From: Candidatus Latescibacterota bacterium | GTDB taxonomy: Bacteria > Latescibacterota > UBA2968 > GCA-2709665 | Assembly: GCA_963667175.2 (NCBI GenBank) | Contig: CAXXXF010000012.1 | Coordinates: 240,257 to 304,256, forward strand | Length of the DNA: 64,000 nucleotides | Reading direction: 5' to 3' | Shown here: positions 60,689 through 64,000 of the stretch, piece by piece | Layout: every line of letters starts with the position of its first letter | How positions within the stretch are numbered: position 1 is the first letter of the stretch | The notes under the pieces: model-generated | The model's database searches: none | What the model saw: only the letters and a program-made list of their open reading frames with translations | Told to the model about the DNA's origin: nothing | Translations under genes and position numbers: made by a program

Positions 60689-60778
60689 AATTTCCCTACA
60701 AGCGTAGGGGTTCACCGGTCAAGGTGGTGTTCGGCACCGACAGCACAATGGCTTCCCTACACGAATAGGGGTTCACCT
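60689..60778 (+). CRISPR. Single-spacer CRISPR-like unit with type I-E geometry; no cas genes in the window
   Basis: 29-nt repeats AATTTCCCTACAAGCGTAGGGGTTCACCG and GGCTTCCCTACACGAATAGGGGTTCACCT, 32-nt spacer, CCCTAC/GTAGGG stem. Confidence 0.62.
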
Positions 60779-60928
60779 AAACTAAAGCCAAGGTGTGATA
60801 TACATTTCAGTGGCGATGATGATCAGCTGGGTTAAGCCCGTGAATCCCTCTCATCCGTACTTGGAGAACGACCCGGCTCCGTCGTTTGACCCCCACCATC
60901 TGCGCATTTCACCTTGGCTTTAGTTTAG
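60777..60928. mobile_element. MITE (152 bp), probably IS630-type
   Basis: Perfect 19-bp inverted repeats CTAAACTAAAGCCAAGGTG / CACCTTGGCTTTAGTTTAG including TA at both ends. Confidence 0.8.
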
Positions 60929-61166
60929 TAGTCGAATACCTTCGATATGACGGTTAGTCGAGGTTAGCCTGATTGCACAGGAATCTTCGGGCATCGCTGC
61001 TCTCCCGTCAGCCTGCCAATTACTCAACCATCAATTCAAAGCTGTTGGTTTACTAGCCTGGGACTACCAGGGAGAGGCCACAGCCCAATTCGTGCCCCGC
61101 CCACCGCCGATAACCACCACCATTCCTTGCGGCGGCGGGTGTTTGGCCAAGACAGGAGGGCCGTAC

Positions 61167-62303
61167 ATGAGCACCTTGAAGGACAAATGCGCTATCGTTG
61201 GCGTGGGAGAGACGGTCTACAACCGGGACTCCGGCAGGACCGAGTTGAACATGGCAGTGGAGGCGGCCAACCGCGCCATCGCCGACGCGGGTCTTGTTCC
61301 TCAGGATATTGACGGCATCGTGAAGTTTACCGCCGACTCCACACCCCAGGGGGAATTGGCCGCCTGCCTGGGTATTCCCTACCTGCGGTACTACGGCGAA
61401 TTGGGGCCGCTGGGCGGGGCCGCCTGCGGCCTGGTCATACAGTCGGCGATGGCCGTTGCCCAGGGCTTGGTCAACAACGTGCTGGTGTATCGTTCAGTCA
61501 ACGGCCGCTCCGGGCAACGCTACGGCTCCGGAACCGTCACCACCCGCCGGGGCCTGGGCAGCTCCGCATTCACCGAGCCTTACGGCCTGTTGGTGCCGGG
61601 GCAATCCAGCGCACTGAGGGCGCGTCGCCACATGCACGAGTTCGGCACCAAGATGGAGCATTTTGGCGAGGTCGCGGTGGCCTTCCGAAACAACGCCTGT
61701 CTTAATCCCAAGGCCATCATGCACGGGCGGCCCATCACCATGGAGGACTACCTGACCTCCAGAATGTTCTTCGACCCCCTGCACATATTGGACTGCGCGC
61801 TGGAGGCCGACGGGGCCAACGCTTTCGTCATCACCTCGGCGGAAAGGGCGGCCAACCTGAAACAGCCGCCGGTGTACATCACCAGCGCGGCCCAAACGCT
61901 GCTGGCCGGCATGGGCGGGCACGGGCGTTCCTGGGACGAAAGCGGCGGAGCCCTGATGGCCCCCGAGTTGTTCGGTGAGGCCGGGGTCACCCCGCAGGAC
62001 ATTGACGTGGTGGGCTTCTACGACCACTTCAGCCCGGTGATTATCACCAAGCTGGAGGACTACGGTTTCTGCCAGCGCGGCGAGGGCGGGCCCTTCGTCG
62101 AAGGGGGCAGGATTGAAGTGGGCGGAGAACTGCCGGTCAACACTTCCGGCGGGCATCTATCCGAGGCCTACCTTCAGGGCATGAACCAGATCATCGAAGT
62201 GGTGCGTCAGTTGCGGGGACAGTCGCCGGCCCAGGTGGAGGGCGCGGAGTTGGGTCTGGTTGACAGTGGCGACGGCTCGGGCGCCCTGATACTGAGGAGG
62301 TGA
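61167..62303 (+). CDS. Thiolase-like lipid-transfer protein (SCP-x/Ltp2 type)
   Basis: AIVGVGET, A..NP.A, PLHILDC..E.DG, YDHFS, LPVNTSGGHLSE.Y..G; AGGAGG RBS. Confidence 0.9.
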   Translation: MSTLKDKCAIVGVGETVYNRDSGRTELNMAVEAANRAIADAGLVPQDIDGIVKFTADSTPQGELAACLGIPYLRYYGELGPLGGAACGLVIQSAMAVAQGLVNNVLVYRSVNGRSGQRYGSGTVTTRRGLGSSAFTEPYGLLVPGQSSALRARRHMHEFGTKMEHFGEVAVAFRNNACLNPKAIMHGRPITMEDYLTSRMFFDPLHILDCALEADGANAFVITSAERAANLKQPPVYITSAAQTLLAGMGGHGRSWDESGGALMAPELFGEAGVTPQDIDVVGFYDHFSPVIITKLEDYGFCQRGEGGPFVEGGRIEVGGELPVNTSGGHLSEAYLQGMNQIIEVVRQLRGQSPAQVEGAELGLVDSGDGSGALILRR

Positions 62304-62310
62304 TTCAGCT

Positions 62311-62724
62311 GTGACTACCGCTAATTTTCCCCTGCCGGTGCCCAACCTGGACAACCAGGAATTCTGGGACCAGTGCCGGCAGCGCCGGCTGGTGCTGCGG
62401 CGTTGCCTGGACTGCCGTTCCTTCCACCATCCGCCAAGCCCCAACTGCCCGGACTGCGCTTCGTCCAACCTGGAGTGGGTGGAGTCGCCGGGGAAGGGCA
62501 AGGTTTACACCTACGTCATAACCCGCCAGCCGGTGAACCCGGCCTTCCGGGAGCGTCTCCCCTGGGGCGTGGTGGAAGTTGAGCTGGAGGAGGGGGTCCA
62601 CCTTATCAGCAATCTGGTGGACTGTGACGCGGACGACATCGAGATCGGCATGGAAGTGGAGGTAGTCTTTGAGGCGGTCAACGACGAGATAACCCTGCCC
62701 AAGTTCAGGAGAGTCGGACAGTAG
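62311..62724 (+). CDS. Zn-ribbon + OB-fold protein (DUF35/ChsH2-like)
   Basis: FW......L...RC..C....PP...CP.C, G.G.VYTY, VELEEG, IGMEV.V.F; usual partner of the upstream thiolase. Confidence 0.9.
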   Translation: MTTANFPLPVPNLDNQEFWDQCRQRRLVLRRCLDCRSFHHPPSPNCPDCASSNLEWVESPGKGKVYTYVITRQPVNPAFRERLPWGVVEVELEEGVHLISNLVDCDADDIEIGMEVEVVFEAVNDEITLPKFRRVGQ

Positions 62725-62811
62725 CCATATCCCCGTAGGGTTGCCCTGACTTTCTCCCCGTTCACCGTGTCAGTTCGGTGAGAATCAGGCGGGGGTTCTT
62801 GGCGTCGGCAG

Positions 62812-62932
62812 CTAGTGGTCCGAAATTTTTGAAATGATGAGTTGCTGGCTTCGTCCTGGTTCTCCAGCGAAGTCGGTCTAAAGCAAGGCGTGAAGACGGA
62901 TTCCCATCATTTCAAAGCGGTTGGTCTACTAG
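62812..62932. mobile_element. MITE (~120 bp), probably IS630-type
   Basis: Imperfect inverted repeats CTAGTGGTCCGAAATTTTTGAAATGATG / CATCATTTCAAAGCGGTTGGTCTACTAG. Confidence 0.6.
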
Positions 62933-63017
62933 TCGGGGGCGCATCTGATATTGGCGATTACGAGGTCCAATCCGTTACTGTCGAAACCGTGGGCTAGCGC
63001 CCGATCAGGAACGATAG

Positions 63018-63220
63018 TTATACCCCGATCCCTAACTCCCGCAGCCTAGTTACCAAGTACTTCTGCGGCCAGTCGCCCTTAACCCGATTACAGTGGGCGC
63101 ACAAGAGTTGCAGGTTCTCGATGTTTCCTGCTCGCCAGCGCGCTGTGGGATAACGTGATCCACTTCTAAACCACAGCCAGGGTGAAATGCGCAGAAGCAT
63201 GGGGTTGGCAACTGTTGCAG
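63018..63220 (-). pseudogene. HNH endonuclease remnant
   Basis: LEVDHVIP in one frame, NIENLQLLCAHCNRVKG in another. Confidence 0.7.
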
Positions 63221-63405
63221 ATTTAGTTGACTTAGGTGGGTGATCGTTGATGATAGTCGCAACGGCGGTTTTGCCAAGGAAGTACCTTTCCTCAGTCACC
63301 AGCCGACAGCTTCTCGCACGTCGGTTCTGATATGATGGGAGTATAGGAAGAGATCAGGTAGCTCATAGGCAACGGCGCAATTTGGGATCCTCACGAAGTT
63401 CGCCA

Positions 63406-64000
63406 ATGGCCACCTACCAGACCCGCATCTGCGATTACGGGGGTATGGAACGGTCTGCCGGCGACGCGGCGTTGTCATCCTATGCCGAACTGTATGGTCG
63501 AGTGAAGCGGAAGTTGTTCGCCGATGTGGCAGCGGGCAAGACCGCGGCATCGTTGAAGAGCGGATAGCTGAAACGGTACGGGATACTGGCACGGATGTTC
63601 AACGGGGTACGGGTGTCACTGGATGGGAAGGTGGCGTCGGTGCGGGAGCAGCAGAAGCTGCGGCTGGACAGCCTGGGCCGGCGGATTGCTCGAGCTCAGG
63701 GGCGGATGCCGATGCTGCTAAGCGCGGACGGTGGGACCAGGTCCACCAGAAACGGCGCCGGTCGGTAACCCTGCAATCCAGGCTGACGGCGTTGGAGGAC
63801 GATATTGCGCAGGGGTGAGTACGACTATGCTTCGGGTCAAAGAGACTATGGCACAAGCAGCACCACCTTGGGGAGAACGGCTACGCCAGCCATCAGGAAT
63901 GGCTGGCCGACTGGCAGGACACCCGTAGCGACGAGTTCTTCGTGCTGGGCAGCCGTGACGAGACGGCGGGTTGCCAGTTGTGCGTGGCCACCGTGGCTGA
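63406..64000 (+). pseudogene. TnpB-related (IS200/IS605/IS607 accessory) gene with stops and a frameshift; runs off the window
   Basis: MATYQTR..., VHQKRRR, RLCFGSKRL..KQ.HL..NGY.SH.EW..DW...R..EFFVLGSRDETAG.Q; TAG at 63565 and a second stop near 63817. Confidence 0.75.

Noticed and set aside
56204-60778. TnpB plus mini-array as a nascent type V CRISPR system
   Set aside because: They are about 3 kb apart with an IS and other genes between, the repeat has I-E geometry, and the TnpB has its own right-end motif.

Overview
The window has two halves that join abruptly at about 34,555, where a Gfo/Idh/MocA gene loses its 5' end and an unrelated gene's 3' end begins. The left half (1-34.5 kb) is dense, GC-rich housekeeping DNA of a diderm bacterium. 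It holds a peroxiredoxin, sodA, folB-folK-dNK-panB-panC, a YgfZ/GcvT-like gene, a TonB receptor, qor, a sigma-70 factor, a coupled BpsA-like/DUF2156/cysC/murD/phosphatase operon, cca, murA, rlmN, an M23 peptidase, larC, two PhyH dioxygenases, a CCC-family transporter, tRNA-Val(GAC) and a MITE. The right half (34.6-64 kb) is a decaying defence/mobile island. It carries a type III CBASS core (CdnC-HORMA-TRIP13) with no recognisable effector, followed by an IS1380 remnant and a RapA/SNF2 helicase, then IS5 and a tyrosine integrase ending at a tRNA 3'-end att site. Further right are a nonsense-interrupted nuclease-NTPase, a RusA plus REase-HEPN pair, two TnpB-type genes, an IS4-like pseudogene, small phage/plasmid-like ORFs, a cas-less single-spacer I-E-like CRISPR unit cut by a MITE, and a thiolase/DUF35 pair. 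All family calls come from motif recognition and recalled sequences; no searches were run.
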